64,000 bases of DNA. Source: Candidatus Uhrbacteria bacterium RIFOXYB12_FULL_58_10. Its GTDB lineage: Bacteria > Patescibacteriota > Patescibacteriia > UBA9934 > GWF2-40-263. The stretch is taken from positions 1,049-65,048 of the forward strand of contig CALRBH010000004.1 of the NCBI GenBank assembly GCA_943354165.1. Direction: 5' to 3'. A program made the translations under genes and the position numbers. The number at the start of each line of letters is the position of its first letter. The first letter of the stretch is position 1. A model generated the notes under the pieces. That model saw only the letters and a list, made by a program, of their open reading frames with translations, was not told where the DNA came from and made no database searches. Below, piece by piece: positions 19,037-28,385 of this stretch.

Positions 19037-19152
19037 TCAGCCTCCTCTCGGCTGAATGGAAGCTAGCAGAGAAACGTTGGCCCGGCAAGACACTGTGGTC
19101 CCCCCGTTTTCTTTTTCCACCAACCATCTATACTAACGTCGATATCTCCGCA

Positions 19153-19185
19153 CCCTTACCACCCTAACAGCCCTAACAGCCCTTA
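19153..19185 (+). repeat. pyrimidine-rich half-element (CCCTTACC ACCCTAACAG CCCTAACAG CCCTTA) in the gnd 5' region; same unit as the right arms of the atpD/atpC and post-helicase hairpins
   Basis: Seen in sequence; no complementary purine arm nearby. Confidence 0.4.
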
Positions 19186-19189
19186 TCAT

Positions 19190-20095
19190 ATGCGCCTCGG
19201 CTTCATTGGACTCGGCAAGATGGGAAGCAACATGGTGGAACGAATGCTTGAACATGGTCACAAGCCCGTCGTGTTCGCTCGCACAAAAGCGACGGTGAAC
19301 AAGCTCGTCAAAAAGGGGGCCGAGGGTTCCGATTCGCTCAAGGACATGGTGAGCCAACTGAAGGAACCTCGCCTTGTGTGGCTTATGGTTCCACATGCAG
19401 CCGTCGACGGAGTCCTGAAGGAACTTGTACCGCTCCTCAAGAAAGGCGACATGGTGATCGACGGGGGAAACTCGCCGTTCACGGAATCGGTTAAGCGTGG
19501 AGCACGGCTCAACAAGCGCGGGATTCAGTTCCTCGATATCGGCGTCAGCGGCGGCCCAGGCGGGGCTCGGAGCGGTGCCTGTCTCATGATCGGCGGCTCA
19601 CCATCGATGTACAAGAAGCTGCGCCCGCTGTTTATCGACCTTTCCGTGAAAGATGGGGAGGCGCTCCTCGGCCCATCCGGCGCAGGGCACTTCGCCAAGA
19701 TGGTTCACAATGGCATTGAATACGGCATGATGCAGGCGTTTGCTGAAGGATTCGATGTTCTGAAGACCAAGCGTGCCTTCAAGTACAACCTCCGCACCGT
19801 TGCAAAACTCTACGAACATGGCAGTGTGATCACTTCGCGGTTGAATGCCTGGCTGGAAGATGGTTTCCGCGTGTTCGGGAACGATCTGAAGCCTGTTTCA
19901 GGAAGTGCCGTCGGAACCGGCGAAGGACAGTGGACCGTCGATACGGCAACGAAACTCGGCGTGCCGACCCCAGTCATTTCCGCCTCCGTCGCCGCCCGCA
20001 TTGCGAGCATGAAGAAGCCAAGCTTCCAAGGAAAGGTCGTTATGACCATGCGCAATCGATTCGGCGGGCATGATGCGAATCCAACCAAAAAATAG
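19190..20095 (+). CDS. short-form 6-phosphogluconate dehydrogenase (decarboxylating)-like NAD(P)-binding dehydrogenase
   Basis: GFIGLGKMGSNM Rossmann N-terminus, ~300 aa, adjacent and co-oriented with zwf. Confidence 0.65.
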   Translation: MRLGFIGLGKMGSNMVERMLEHGHKPVVFARTKATVNKLVKKGAEGSDSLKDMVSQLKEPRLVWLMVPHAAVDGVLKELVPLLKKGDMVIDGGNSPFTESVKRGARLNKRGIQFLDIGVSGGPGGARSGACLMIGGSPSMYKKLRPLFIDLSVKDGEALLGPSGAGHFAKMVHNGIEYGMMQAFAEGFDVLKTKRAFKYNLRTVAKLYEHGSVITSRLNAWLEDGFRVFGNDLKPVSGSAVGTGEGQWTVDTATKLGVPTPVISASVAARIASMKKPSFQGKVVMTMRNRFGGHDANPTKK

Positions 20096-20096
20096 T

Positions 20097-21431
20097 ATGG
20101 CAGCAGACACAGCCCTCATTGTCTTCGGCGCAACCGGAGATCTTACCCAACGCAAGCTATATCCTTCGCTTTACCATTTGGCTAAGCGAGGTCTTTTGCC
20201 GAAGTCATTTTCGCTCTACGGCGTTTCCCGCAAGGAGTTGAACGACGCTGACTTCCGCTCCAACATCGAACGCGACATCCGCATGTTCGCGCACGGGGAG
20301 ATCGATCAGGCCGCCGTCGACATGGTGACCAGCCACGCCCACTATCTTTCGGCCGACCTGAACCATCGGGAAGGATACGAACGATTGAATGCGCGTTTGA
20401 AGCCATCCACGCTGCGCCTCTTTTATTTGGCCCTTCCACCCCGATTATTCGCGCCAATCGTTGAGAACATCAAAACGTGTGGGCTGGGAAAGGCACTTGG
20501 AGCATCGAAGTCACGCGTAATCGTAGAAAAGCCTTTTGGGTACGATTTTGCCACAGCAAAAAAGCTTGAACACATCGTTAGTTCAGCCTTCGATGAGAAG
20601 CAAATCTTTCGCATCGACCATTATCTCGGAAAAGAATCGGTCCAAAACCTACTCACATTCCGCGCGAAGAATTCCGTGTTCGAAGATTCGTTGAACCGGA
20701 ATGCCGTCGCCTCCATTCACATTGATGCATTGGAGTCCGTAGGTCTCGAAGATCGCGGCGCGTACTACGACGGGGCAGGGTCAATCCGTGACATGGTCCA
20801 GAATCATCTTCTTCAGCTTGTCGCATTCCTCACCATGGACCTGCCCGCAAAGATGACGGCGGAAGCGGAACAGTCAGCGCGGGCGAAACTGCTCGCAACT
20901 GTTCGGCCACATACGTCGAAGGGAGCAATCGTGCTCGGACAATATGCTGGGTACAAGAGCGAACCGAACGTAAATCCTAAATCGACGACCGACACGTATT
21001 CGTCGCTCACATTCACCATCAACAATCCACGCTGGCGCGGCGTTCCCGTGTTCATCCGAACAGGGAAACACCTGAAAGAAAAACTTACGAACGTCACTGT
21101 CTTGTTTAAGCCGGTTCGCGGCGAAGCTCCAAACCGCCTTTCATTCAGACTCGATCCGCATCCAGAAATATCGCTGGTTCTGAACGTCGTTCAGCCGGGA
21201 TTTACCAAAAAAACCGACCCGGCCATCATGCATTACAGCCGAAGCACGCATTACACAGAGCCACCAATCGGAGATTACGAACGCCTCCTGCTCGCCATTA
21301 TGGACGGGGATCACTCTCTCTTCGTGAGCGCGGCGGAAGTGCTCTCATCCTGGAAGGCCGTCGATCCATTTCTTAAGAAGGCTAAGACCATGAAACCGAA
21401 GGTTTATAGCAAAGGATCACTGGCGCCGTAG
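20097..21431 (+). CDS. zwf: glucose-6-phosphate 1-dehydrogenase
   Basis: GATGDLTQRKLYPSL NADP motif and RIDHYLGKE active-site signature. Confidence 0.85.
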   Translation: MAADTALIVFGATGDLTQRKLYPSLYHLAKRGLLPKSFSLYGVSRKELNDADFRSNIERDIRMFAHGEIDQAAVDMVTSHAHYLSADLNHREGYERLNARLKPSTLRLFYLALPPRLFAPIVENIKTCGLGKALGASKSRVIVEKPFGYDFATAKKLEHIVSSAFDEKQIFRIDHYLGKESVQNLLTFRAKNSVFEDSLNRNAVASIHIDALESVGLEDRGAYYDGAGSIRDMVQNHLLQLVAFLTMDLPAKMTAEAEQSARAKLLATVRPHTSKGAIVLGQYAGYKSEPNVNPKSTTDTYSSLTFTINNPRWRGVPVFIRTGKHLKEKLTNVTVLFKPVRGEAPNRLSFRLDPHPEISLVLNVVQPGFTKKTDPAIMHYSRSTHYTEPPIGDYERLLLAIMDGDHSLFVSAAEVLSSWKAVDPFLKKAKTMKPKVYSKGSLAP

Positions 21432-21437
21432 TAATAC

Positions 21438-21470
21438 AAAAGCCCCCGCCGATGGCGGGGGCTTTTGCTT
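21438..21470. terminator. bidirectional rho-independent terminator (GCCCCCGC-CGATG-GCGGGGGC with flanking A/T runs)
   Basis: Between convergent zwf and the small basic ORF. Confidence 0.6.
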
Positions 21471-21597
21471 ACGCGGTGGCTTTGGCGGCTTTTGCAGCGG
21501 CCTTAGTCATGCGGACAGCCTTCTTGATGCGGCGCGCAATGATGTTTTCTTTGCGGGCTGCCTTCCAAATTGTGCGGTTTTTCTTGCGATCGCCCAT
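21469..21597 (-). CDS. small basic protein (42 aa), possibly ribosome-associated (weak resemblance to bTHX)
   Basis: MGDRKKNRTIWKAARKENIIARRIKKAVRMTKAAAKAAKATA; below ORF-track cutoff; between a terminator and a divergent promoter. Confidence 0.3.
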   Translation of the reverse strand: MGDRKKNRTIWKAARKENIIARRIKKAVRMTKAAAKAAKATA

Positions 21598-21631
21598 AGG
21601 AGTAGTTAAGTAATGCCAGGATAGTAACCGA

Positions 21632-21659
21632 TTGACTGGCCCGTGTCAATTGCTACACT
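21632..21659 (+). promoter_or_regulatory. sigma70-like promoter (TTGACT-16-TACACT) ending ~9 nt before the pepA ATG (leaderless or near-leaderless)
   Basis: -35 21632-21637, -10 21654-21659, ATG 21669. Confidence 0.45.
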
Positions 21660-21668
21660 GGGTTGACT

Positions 21669-23162
21669 ATGAAATTGCACATCCAAAAGGGTGATTTGAA
21701 GGAGGTACAGGTCGACCTTTTGGTCGTAAACCTGTTTGAGGGCATGAAGAAGCTGGGCGGGGCCACACTGGCAATTGATACCGCCGCCGGGGGAGTTATC
21801 TTGGAATCGATGGTTGAGGAAGGATTCACCGGTAAGCGTGGCGAGACCCTCCGCATTCGTCGCATCAGCGGAGTGAAGGCAAAGCACGTACTCATGGTCG
21901 GCCTTGGAAAAAAGGAAGATTTTGATGAGGAAGCCGTGCGCATTGCCGCGGCAACCTCGTTGAACGAAGCCAAGGCTGTGAAGGCGAAAACTGTCGCATC
22001 CGTTTTGCATGGAGCAGGGAACGGCGGGCTCTCGGCAAAGACCGCCGGCAAGGCGATGGCCGAAGGGATTTTCCTCGCCAACTATTCATACACTACACAC
22101 AAGAGCAAGCCCGACGAATCGTCGATTGAACAGTTCGATATTCTCACGACCAATGGGTCGACGGCGCGCCTGGCAGAAGCCGGCGTCGCAATCGGCGAGA
22201 CCTACGCACACGCCACGATTGTTGCGCGTGACCTTGTGAACTCTCCAGCCGGACACCAGTCTCCGATGGAACTCGCCCTCGCAGCCAAGGAACTCGTGAA
22301 AGGGCAAGGAGTAAAAGTGACGCTTTACGAACAGGCCGAGATCGAAAAGTTCGGCATGGGCGGGCTTCTTGGTATCGCAAAGGGATCCGACCATCCACCG
22401 GTTTTAGTACACATGGTCTACAAGCCGAAAGGGAAGGCAAAGAAGCGCATCGCCCTCGTCGGAAAGGCCCTCACCTTTGATACGGGCGGATATTCCCTCA
22501 AGCCAACCTCATCAATGGACACCATGAAGCTCGACATGGCAGGAGCCGCCGCCGTAATCGGCGCGTTCTCGGTGATCGGAGACGTGGCTCCAAACGTGGA
22601 AGTCCACGGCTTCTTCGGCGCCTGCGAAAACATGGTCTCCGGCCGCGCGATTCGCCCAGGTGACGTTGTCACCATCATGAACGGCAAGACGATGGAAATC
22701 CTAAACACCGACGCCGAAGGCCGCGTCACCCTCGCCGACGTCCTGACCTTCGCCCTCCGATCCGAACCAGATGCTATAATCGACCTCGCAACGCTTACTG
22801 GAGCCTGCGTGGTGGCTCTAGGCGAAGAGATCACGGGTCTCATGACGAACAATCCGGCTCTTGGTGAAAAAGTGAAGGCTGCGTTCACTTCGGCTGGTGA
22901 GAACGTCTGGGAACTTCCGCTCGAAAAGGCGTATCGCCCGCTCATTAACTCCGACATCGCCGACTACAAAAACGACGCCCCACGCTGGGGCGGCGCCCTG
23001 ACCGCCGGCCTTCTCCTCCAGGAATTCGTCGACGGAAAACCATGGGTCCACCTCGATATTGCCGGTCCAGCTTTCGCAGAAAAGAACATCAATGCCTACA
23101 CCAAGAAGGGTGGCACAGGCCACGCCGTCCGAACCCTCATCGAGCTCATCAAATCCTACTAG
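21669..23162 (+). CDS. pepA: leucyl aminopeptidase (M17)
   Basis: NTDAEGRVTLADVL signature and conserved K/D/E metal ligands; ORF-track TTG start at 21663 is the alternative. Confidence 0.85.
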   Translation: MKLHIQKGDLKEVQVDLLVVNLFEGMKKLGGATLAIDTAAGGVILESMVEEGFTGKRGETLRIRRISGVKAKHVLMVGLGKKEDFDEEAVRIAAATSLNEAKAVKAKTVASVLHGAGNGGLSAKTAGKAMAEGIFLANYSYTTHKSKPDESSIEQFDILTTNGSTARLAEAGVAIGETYAHATIVARDLVNSPAGHQSPMELALAAKELVKGQGVKVTLYEQAEIEKFGMGGLLGIAKGSDHPPVLVHMVYKPKGKAKKRIALVGKALTFDTGGYSLKPTSSMDTMKLDMAGAAAVIGAFSVIGDVAPNVEVHGFFGACENMVSGRAIRPGDVVTIMNGKTMEILNTDAEGRVTLADVLTFALRSEPDAIIDLATLTGACVVALGEEITGLMTNNPALGEKVKAAFTSAGENVWELPLEKAYRPLINSDIADYKNDAPRWGGALTAGLLLQEFVDGKPWVHLDIAGPAFAEKNINAYTKKGGTGHAVRTLIELIKSY

Positions 23163-23164
23163 TT

Positions 23165-23449
23165 ATGCACGAGGTCGCCTCCCCCTACAGAAAACTCGTC
23201 CTCGTCTGCACGAACGAACGCCTTGGCGCCGAAGAGTGCTGTGCCGCCGGCCGTGCGGCCGAGATCCACAAGGCAATCAAGTTTGCCGTCCGCGAAAAGG
23301 ACCTGACCGTTCGTGTCAGTAAATCCGGCTGTCTCGACCAGTGCAAAAACGGCCCCGTCGTCTGCATCCAGCCGGACAACAAGTGGTTCTTCCATGTGAA
23401 GATGGAGGATGTACCGGCGATCGTGGAAGCGGTGATCAAAACAACGTAA
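23165..23449 (+). CDS. thioredoxin-like [2Fe-2S] ferredoxin family protein
   Basis: VLVCTNERLGAEECCAAG and GCLDQCKNGPVV cysteine pairs. Confidence 0.5.
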   Translation: MHEVASPYRKLVLVCTNERLGAEECCAAGRAAEIHKAIKFAVREKDLTVRVSKSGCLDQCKNGPVVCIQPDNKWFFHVKMEDVPAIVEAVIKTT

Positions 23450-23455
23450 CAAAAA

Positions 23456-23487
23456 ACGCCCTGCCGATGACAGGGCGTTTATGTTTT
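23456..23487. terminator. bidirectional terminator ACGCCCTG-CCGATGA-CAGGGCGT plus T-run
   Basis: Between convergent ferredoxin and peroxiredoxin genes. Confidence 0.6.
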
Positions 23488-24034
23488 ACGCCTTTCCAAG
23501 CGTCTTCTCGCCCTTCTTCCAATCCATCGGACAAAGCTCCCCACTCTGCAACGCCTCCAAAACCCGGAGCGTCTCCGCAACCGACCGACCTACGCCAAGG
23601 TCGTGGTAAAGCGCATAGCGCAGGATTCCATCTGGATCAATGATGAACGTCCCACGCAACGCGATGCCCTTATCGGCCATGAGCACGCCGTAATCGCGGC
23701 TCATCGAGCGAGTGATATCGGAGAACAAAGGATAGTTCAGATCACCGAGTTCCTTGAGCCAAGCCTTGTGCGAGTGAACCGAATCCGTGGATCCGCCGAG
23801 CACTTCGGCCTTGAGCTTTTTGAATTCGTCGTAATGTGTCGAGAACGCAGTGATTTCCGTCGGACACACGAAGGTGAAGTCGAGCGGGTAAAAGAACAGG
23901 ACGACCCATTTACCTTTGTAATCCGACAGGCTAACTGTCTTGAATTCGCCGCCCTTAACCACAACCTCACACTTGAAGTGCGGAGCAAGGAGTCCTACCT
24001 GGGCCATCTGCGGAGCGTGGAGATTTTCTTCCAT
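23486..24034 (-). CDS. peroxiredoxin (AhpC/TSA family)
   Basis: FTFVCPTEI peroxidatic-Cys motif. Confidence 0.8.
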   Translation of the reverse strand: MEENLHAPQMAQVGLLAPHFKCEVVVKGGEFKTVSLSDYKGKWVVLFFYPLDFTFVCPTEITAFSTHYDEFKKLKAEVLGGSTDSVHSHKAWLKELGDLNYPLFSDITRSMSRDYGVLMADKGIALRGTFIIDPDGILRYALYHDLGVGRSVAETLRVLEALQSGELCPMDWKKGEKTLGKA

Positions 24035-24035
24035 A

Positions 24036-24662
24036 TTAGTTCAAAGATACTTTACTTACCTTTTCGAATACTGCGCTGACGGCCTTCCAGTCCATGTTCT
24101 TCCAGAAGTCGGCAATGTAAGCCTTGCGATCCGATCCATAATCCAGGAAGTACGCGTGTTCGAACACGTCGAGAACGATGATCGGGAGACATCCCCAGAC
24201 GCCGCCCTGGTTGTGGCTGTCGCAGCCGTAGATCTTCAATCTACCAAGCTGAGCGTCCCAGGCAAGAACCGTCCATCCGCGCACGGCCATGCCGGTAGCA
24301 GAGAACATCGCGACGAATTTCTCCATCGATCCCCACTTTTCCTTAATGGCATCCGTGAGCGCTCCAGCCGGAGTCCCATCGCCACCAAGGCCGTTAAAGT
24401 AATACTCATGCAGATATACGCCGTTTGCTACAAACGTCTCACCTTCGCGCAATCCGCGCAGCGCCGAGTAGCTCTGGTTGGCGTCCGCGAGCCCATCGCC
24501 GCTCTCGGCCATGTCCTTGAGCTTTTGCCCGACTTCCTTCATCTTATTCACGTAGCCGACGTAGAGTTTGTCGTGATGGATCGCTATCGTCTTCTCCGAG
24601 ATACCCGTAAGGGGTTTGGAGAAGGGTAATTGCTTTTGCTCGTACTGAGTTGTAGAAGGCAT
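24036..24662 (-). CDS. sodA: Fe/Mn superoxide dismutase
   Basis: [18 protein letters not shown] signature. Confidence 0.85.
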   Translation of the reverse strand: MPSTTQYEQKQLPFSKPLTGISEKTIAIHHDKLYVGYVNKMKEVGQKLKDMAESGDGLADANQSYSALRGLREGETFVANGVYLHEYYFNGLGGDGTPAGALTDAIKEKWGSMEKFVAMFSATGMAVRGWTVLAWDAQLGRLKIYGCDSHNQGGVWGCLPIIVLDVFEHAYFLDYGSDRKAYIADFWKNMDWKAVSAVFEKVSKVSLN

Positions 24663-24698
24663 ATGATAAATGGGTTCGGGGGTAGAATAGAGAAAAAT

Positions 24699-25754
24699 AT
24701 GAAAGGATTCAAGCGCGCGTTTACCATCTTCCTGATCCTCTTACCTGGGATTGGCACTTTTGCGTACCAGTGGTGGTTATATCGCACGCCAGCTGGTCCC
24801 GTTGCGGTGCAGGTAAACGGAATCGAATCGTTCCAGGAATCGTCGCTTCGCAAGGCTTTAGATGTCGATGCCATGCCAGCCCTGAAAAGCGTCCGGTACG
24901 AATCCGTCGCGGAAGCAGATGCATATTTGAAGGATACGGGAAGCGGGCTTGATGTGAAGATCGGAAGGGACGAACGCTATTACCCGTTCCAGATCCTCGC
25001 CTGGCATGAGGCCGTGAACGACGTGCTTGGAAAAATCCCCGTCCTCGTGACCGCAACGCCGCTTGTCGGAACCTCCGCCGTATTCGATCGTCGATTGCTA
25101 GACGGGACTTTACTCACCTTCAATGGAACGGATCTCATCTGGAACAACGCGCGCTTGCTGAAGGATACAAAGACTGGATCGCTCTGGATGCCAGGTCTCG
25201 GCTACGCCGTCGCTGGATCCCTTAAAGGAACGCAGCTGATCCAAATTGCTTCCGTGACGGAACGATCTTGGATTTCGATTAAGACGGAGGGATTCGCTGG
25301 CGATGTCCTTTCCCGCATCAACACTGGATACGAACGCGACTACACCCGCGATCCACACGAAGGGTACGCCACGAAAGCCGACGTCATTTTCCCGGTAGAA
25401 GCCTTGGATCCGCGCCTTCCGCCTAAGGAACGCGTATTCGGCATGCGATCAGGAAACTTCACAAAAGCCTGGACGGAAGCGAGTCTGCAATCGCAAATTG
25501 TACTGAGCGATACGGTGGGCGACGAACCGGTAGTTCTCTTGTACGATACGGACACTGGAACCATGCAGGCGTTCAAACGATATGTCGATGGAAATACGCT
25601 CACCTTTGTCCTCGACGACGACCTCGGCATCATCGACGAAAAAACAAAGAAAAGCCTTAAAACTTTTTCCTTGGAACCCATCGCCCTCACGCCTGCCTAC
25701 TGGTTCTTCTGGTTCGCTGCTTACCCTCACACAGAACTCTATGTCGCACGGTAG
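24699..25754 (+). CDS. DUF3179-like membrane-anchored protein
   Basis: N-terminal TM; AWHEAVNDVLGKIPVLVTATPLVGTSAVFDRR...SLWMP resembles the DUF3179 core; -10-like TAGAAT at 24683-24688. Confidence 0.45.
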   Translation: MKGFKRAFTIFLILLPGIGTFAYQWWLYRTPAGPVAVQVNGIESFQESSLRKALDVDAMPALKSVRYESVAEADAYLKDTGSGLDVKIGRDERYYPFQILAWHEAVNDVLGKIPVLVTATPLVGTSAVFDRRLLDGTLLTFNGTDLIWNNARLLKDTKTGSLWMPGLGYAVAGSLKGTQLIQIASVTERSWISIKTEGFAGDVLSRINTGYERDYTRDPHEGYATKADVIFPVEALDPRLPPKERVFGMRSGNFTKAWTEASLQSQIVLSDTVGDEPVVLLYDTDTGTMQAFKRYVDGNTLTFVLDDDLGIIDEKTKKSLKTFSLEPIALTPAYWFFWFAAYPHTELYVAR

Positions 25755-26421
25755 CCTCTACGTCGTCGCCACCCCCATCGGGAATCTTTCAGACGTCACG
25801 GCACGATCAAAAGAGATCCTTTCGACGGTCGACGCGATTCTTTGCGAAGACACACGTGTAACGTCCAAGTTGCTCGCGTCGCTTGCGATTAAGAAGACGC
25901 TTATCGCCTATCACCAGCATTCGGACGACGTTCGCGTCGATGAAATTCTTGCGCGGCTTGCGAAAGGGCAGTCGCTTGCGTTGGTTACTGACGCTGGCAC
26001 GCCGGGTATTTCAGATCCTGGAGGCAAGCTCGTCCATTCGATCGTCATTGGTCTCCCCGACGTCGCCATCATTCCAATTCCAGGACCATGCGCAGCCATC
26101 GCCGCGCTTTCCGTCAGTGGATTTCCAACGGACCGATTCGTCTTCCTTGGATTCCCGCCACACAAGAAGGGGAGAATGACCTACTTCAAGGAACTCGCTG
26201 AACGCGAGGAGACGGTCGTTTTTTACGAAAGCACGCATAGGATCGAAAAGACACTCGCGGAACTCGAAGCCAGGATCGGCGATCGCCAGGTCGTCGTTTG
26301 TCGCGAACTTACGAAATTACACGAGACCACGTACCGCGGAACGGTGGCGGAGGTGACAGCGGCGCTAAAAGCGACTAGTATTCGCGGTGAATTCGTGATC
26401 GTATGCAAAAATTCTACGTAA
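25741..26421 (+). CDS. rsmI: 16S rRNA (cytidine1402-2'-O)-methyltransferase RsmI
   Basis: LYVVATPIGNLSDVT...ILCEDTR tetrapyrrole-methylase fold N-terminus. Confidence 0.8.
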   Translation: MSHGSLYVVATPIGNLSDVTARSKEILSTVDAILCEDTRVTSKLLASLAIKKTLIAYHQHSDDVRVDEILARLAKGQSLALVTDAGTPGISDPGGKLVHSIVIGLPDVAIIPIPGPCAAIAALSVSGFPTDRFVFLGFPPHKKGRMTYFKELAEREETVVFYESTHRIEKTLAELEARIGDRQVVVCRELTKLHETTYRGTVAEVTAALKATSIRGEFVIVCKNST

Positions 26422-27911
26422 CCATCCCCATCTACTACGCGAACGGTAAACCGTCCGTGGGGCATGCGTACACCACCATCGCCGCCGACGTCCTCGCCCG
26501 CTACCATCGTCTTCTCGGCAAAGACGTATTTTTTCTTGCCGGACTCGATGAGAACAGCCAGAAAAACATCGAAGCCGCACAGGCCGTAGGGAAAGGTGAT
26601 GACATTCAGGGCTACCTCGATGAGATGGCCGCTCTTTGGGAACGCACGTTCGATGGGCTTGGGATCACCCACAATCGTTTCATTCGAACGACGGAAGCCG
26701 ATCACGCAAAGGCTGTCGTAAAATTCTGGAAGGCGGTCGAAGCGAAAGGGGACATCTACCAGGGCGAATACGAAGGTCTCTACTGCAAGGGCTGCGAAGC
26801 TTTTTACAGCGAAGCGGATCTTGTTGATGGAAAATGCCCACTCCACCTCACCGTCCCAGCCCACATCAAGGAGAAAAACTATTTCTTCAAGCTCACTAAG
26901 TACCGTGACGCGCTGCTCGAACATATTGGCAAGCATCCGGAATTCATCCAACCTTCCAGCCGTCGCAACGAAATCGTGAGCTACATCGAAAAGTTCATGA
27001 CCGACACGTCGATTTCCCGTTCGACGATGAAATGGGGAATCCCCGTTCCTGGCGATGAAAGCCAACGCGTTTACGTTTGGTTCGATGCCTTGATCAACTA
27101 CCTCACGGGCGTTGGCTACGGAACCGACGAAGCGAACTTCAAGAAATGGTGGCCAGCGAATCTTCACCTCGTCGGCAAGGACATCATCAAATTCCACTGC
27201 GCCATTTGGCCAGCCATGCTCATGTCCGCCGGCATACCGCTCCCTGAACGCGTATTCGCGCACGGATTCTTCACCGTCGATGGCCAGAAAATGTCGAAGT
27301 CCCTCGGAAACGTCGTGGATCCAGTCGACATCGCCACCAAGTACAGTAATGATGTCCTCCGATTCTTCCTCATGCGCGAAATTCGTTTCGGAGAAGACGG
27401 CGACTATTCGTCGAAGCGTCTCGAAGAACGCTATAACGGCGACCTCGCGAACGAACTCGGCAATCTTGTTCACCGCGTCATCACGATGGCGGAAAAATAC
27501 TTCGACAGCAAAGTTCCAGCGAAAGCTGATGGATTCCTCGCGGGCGCCTGGCCTGCGTACCAATCCGCGATGGAAGAGGTTCGCCTGTACGACGCGCTAG
27601 AAATTGCGTGGAGTCTTGTTCGCCAATCCAACCAGTTCATCGATGAGAAGCGGCCATGGGAACTCGCTAAGCTCAAGGAAGATAAGATGCTCTCGGACAG
27701 CATTTATGTCTTGCTCGAAACCTTGCGCCACATCGCCTGGATGCTTTTGCCGCTGATGCCAGACACGGCGGAGAAGATCTTCACCAAGCTTGGACTCGAA
27801 GTTTCGAAGGAGCTCGGTCAATCTCAAGCGAGCGCGTGGGTTTGGGGAGAACTCGCCCCTGGTGCTACACTAGTGAAAGGTGAGCCGCTTTTCCCGCGGC
27901 GCGAAGTGTGA
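26403..27911 (+). CDS. metG: methionine--tRNA ligase (short form, no C-terminal tRNA-binding extension)
   Basis: HIGH-type motif SVGHAYT, KMSKS, zinc knuckle CKGCEAF...CPLH. Confidence 0.85.
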   Translation: MQKFYVTIPIYYANGKPSVGHAYTTIAADVLARYHRLLGKDVFFLAGLDENSQKNIEAAQAVGKGDDIQGYLDEMAALWERTFDGLGITHNRFIRTTEADHAKAVVKFWKAVEAKGDIYQGEYEGLYCKGCEAFYSEADLVDGKCPLHLTVPAHIKEKNYFFKLTKYRDALLEHIGKHPEFIQPSSRRNEIVSYIEKFMTDTSISRSTMKWGIPVPGDESQRVYVWFDALINYLTGVGYGTDEANFKKWWPANLHLVGKDIIKFHCAIWPAMLMSAGIPLPERVFAHGFFTVDGQKMSKSLGNVVDPVDIATKYSNDVLRFFLMREIRFGEDGDYSSKRLEERYNGDLANELGNLVHRVITMAEKYFDSKVPAKADGFLAGAWPAYQSAMEEVRLYDALEIAWSLVRQSNQFIDEKRPWELAKLKEDKMLSDSIYVLLETLRHIAWMLLPLMPDTAEKIFTKLGLEVSKELGQSQASAWVWGELAPGATLVKGEPLFPRREV

Positions 27912-28384
27912 ATTTCATCGACCTTGCCCTTATTCTCCTGATTTCAGGGTTCGTCTTCTTCGGACTGTTCTTCGGGTTTGTGCGAACGCTGAGCGGCCTC
28001 ATCGGAACCATTCTTGGTTTTTTCCTCACGAGCTGGCTGATCGGCCCCGTGTCCGCATTTCTTGGAAGCATCGTGAGCGGATCGGTGGGAAAGGTCGTTC
28101 TGTTCGTATTCATCTTCTTCATCGTCACACGCCTCATCGGCATCGTCTTCTGGCTGCTTGGCAAAGTGCTCGGAATCCTCGCGTGGATTCCTTTCGCCGG
28201 GCTACTCGATAGGATCGTCGGCGCCGTGTTCGGATTCGTGGAAGGCATCGTGTTCGTCGGCGTCGGCCTCTACTTCATCCTCCAATATCTGCCAGACGAT
28301 GCGGTGCGCGCCACGCTCGCCGCTTCCGTAGTAGGGAAGTACCTGCTCGCGTTGGTGGCAGGAATTACTGCACTTGCGGGCTAA
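27908..28384 (+). CDS. CvpA-family membrane protein
   Basis: Four TM helices, N-terminal IDLALILLISGFVFFGLFFGFVR typical of colicin V production protein family. Confidence 0.5.
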   Translation: MNFIDLALILLISGFVFFGLFFGFVRTLSGLIGTILGFFLTSWLIGPVSAFLGSIVSGSVGKVVLFVFIFFIVTRLIGIVFWLLGKVLGILAWIPFAGLLDRIVGAVFGFVEGIVFVGVGLYFILQYLPDDAVRATLAASVVGKYLLALVAGITALAG

Positions 28385-28385
28385 T

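Noticed and set aside
24660-24665. Recurrent CATATG (NdeI site) at start codons (24660, 34271, 35719, 39914, 58186) as a sign of engineered sequence
   Set aside because: The genomic context is entirely natural, and the pattern is explained by an A at -3 and a C-rich preceding base in SD-less starts.
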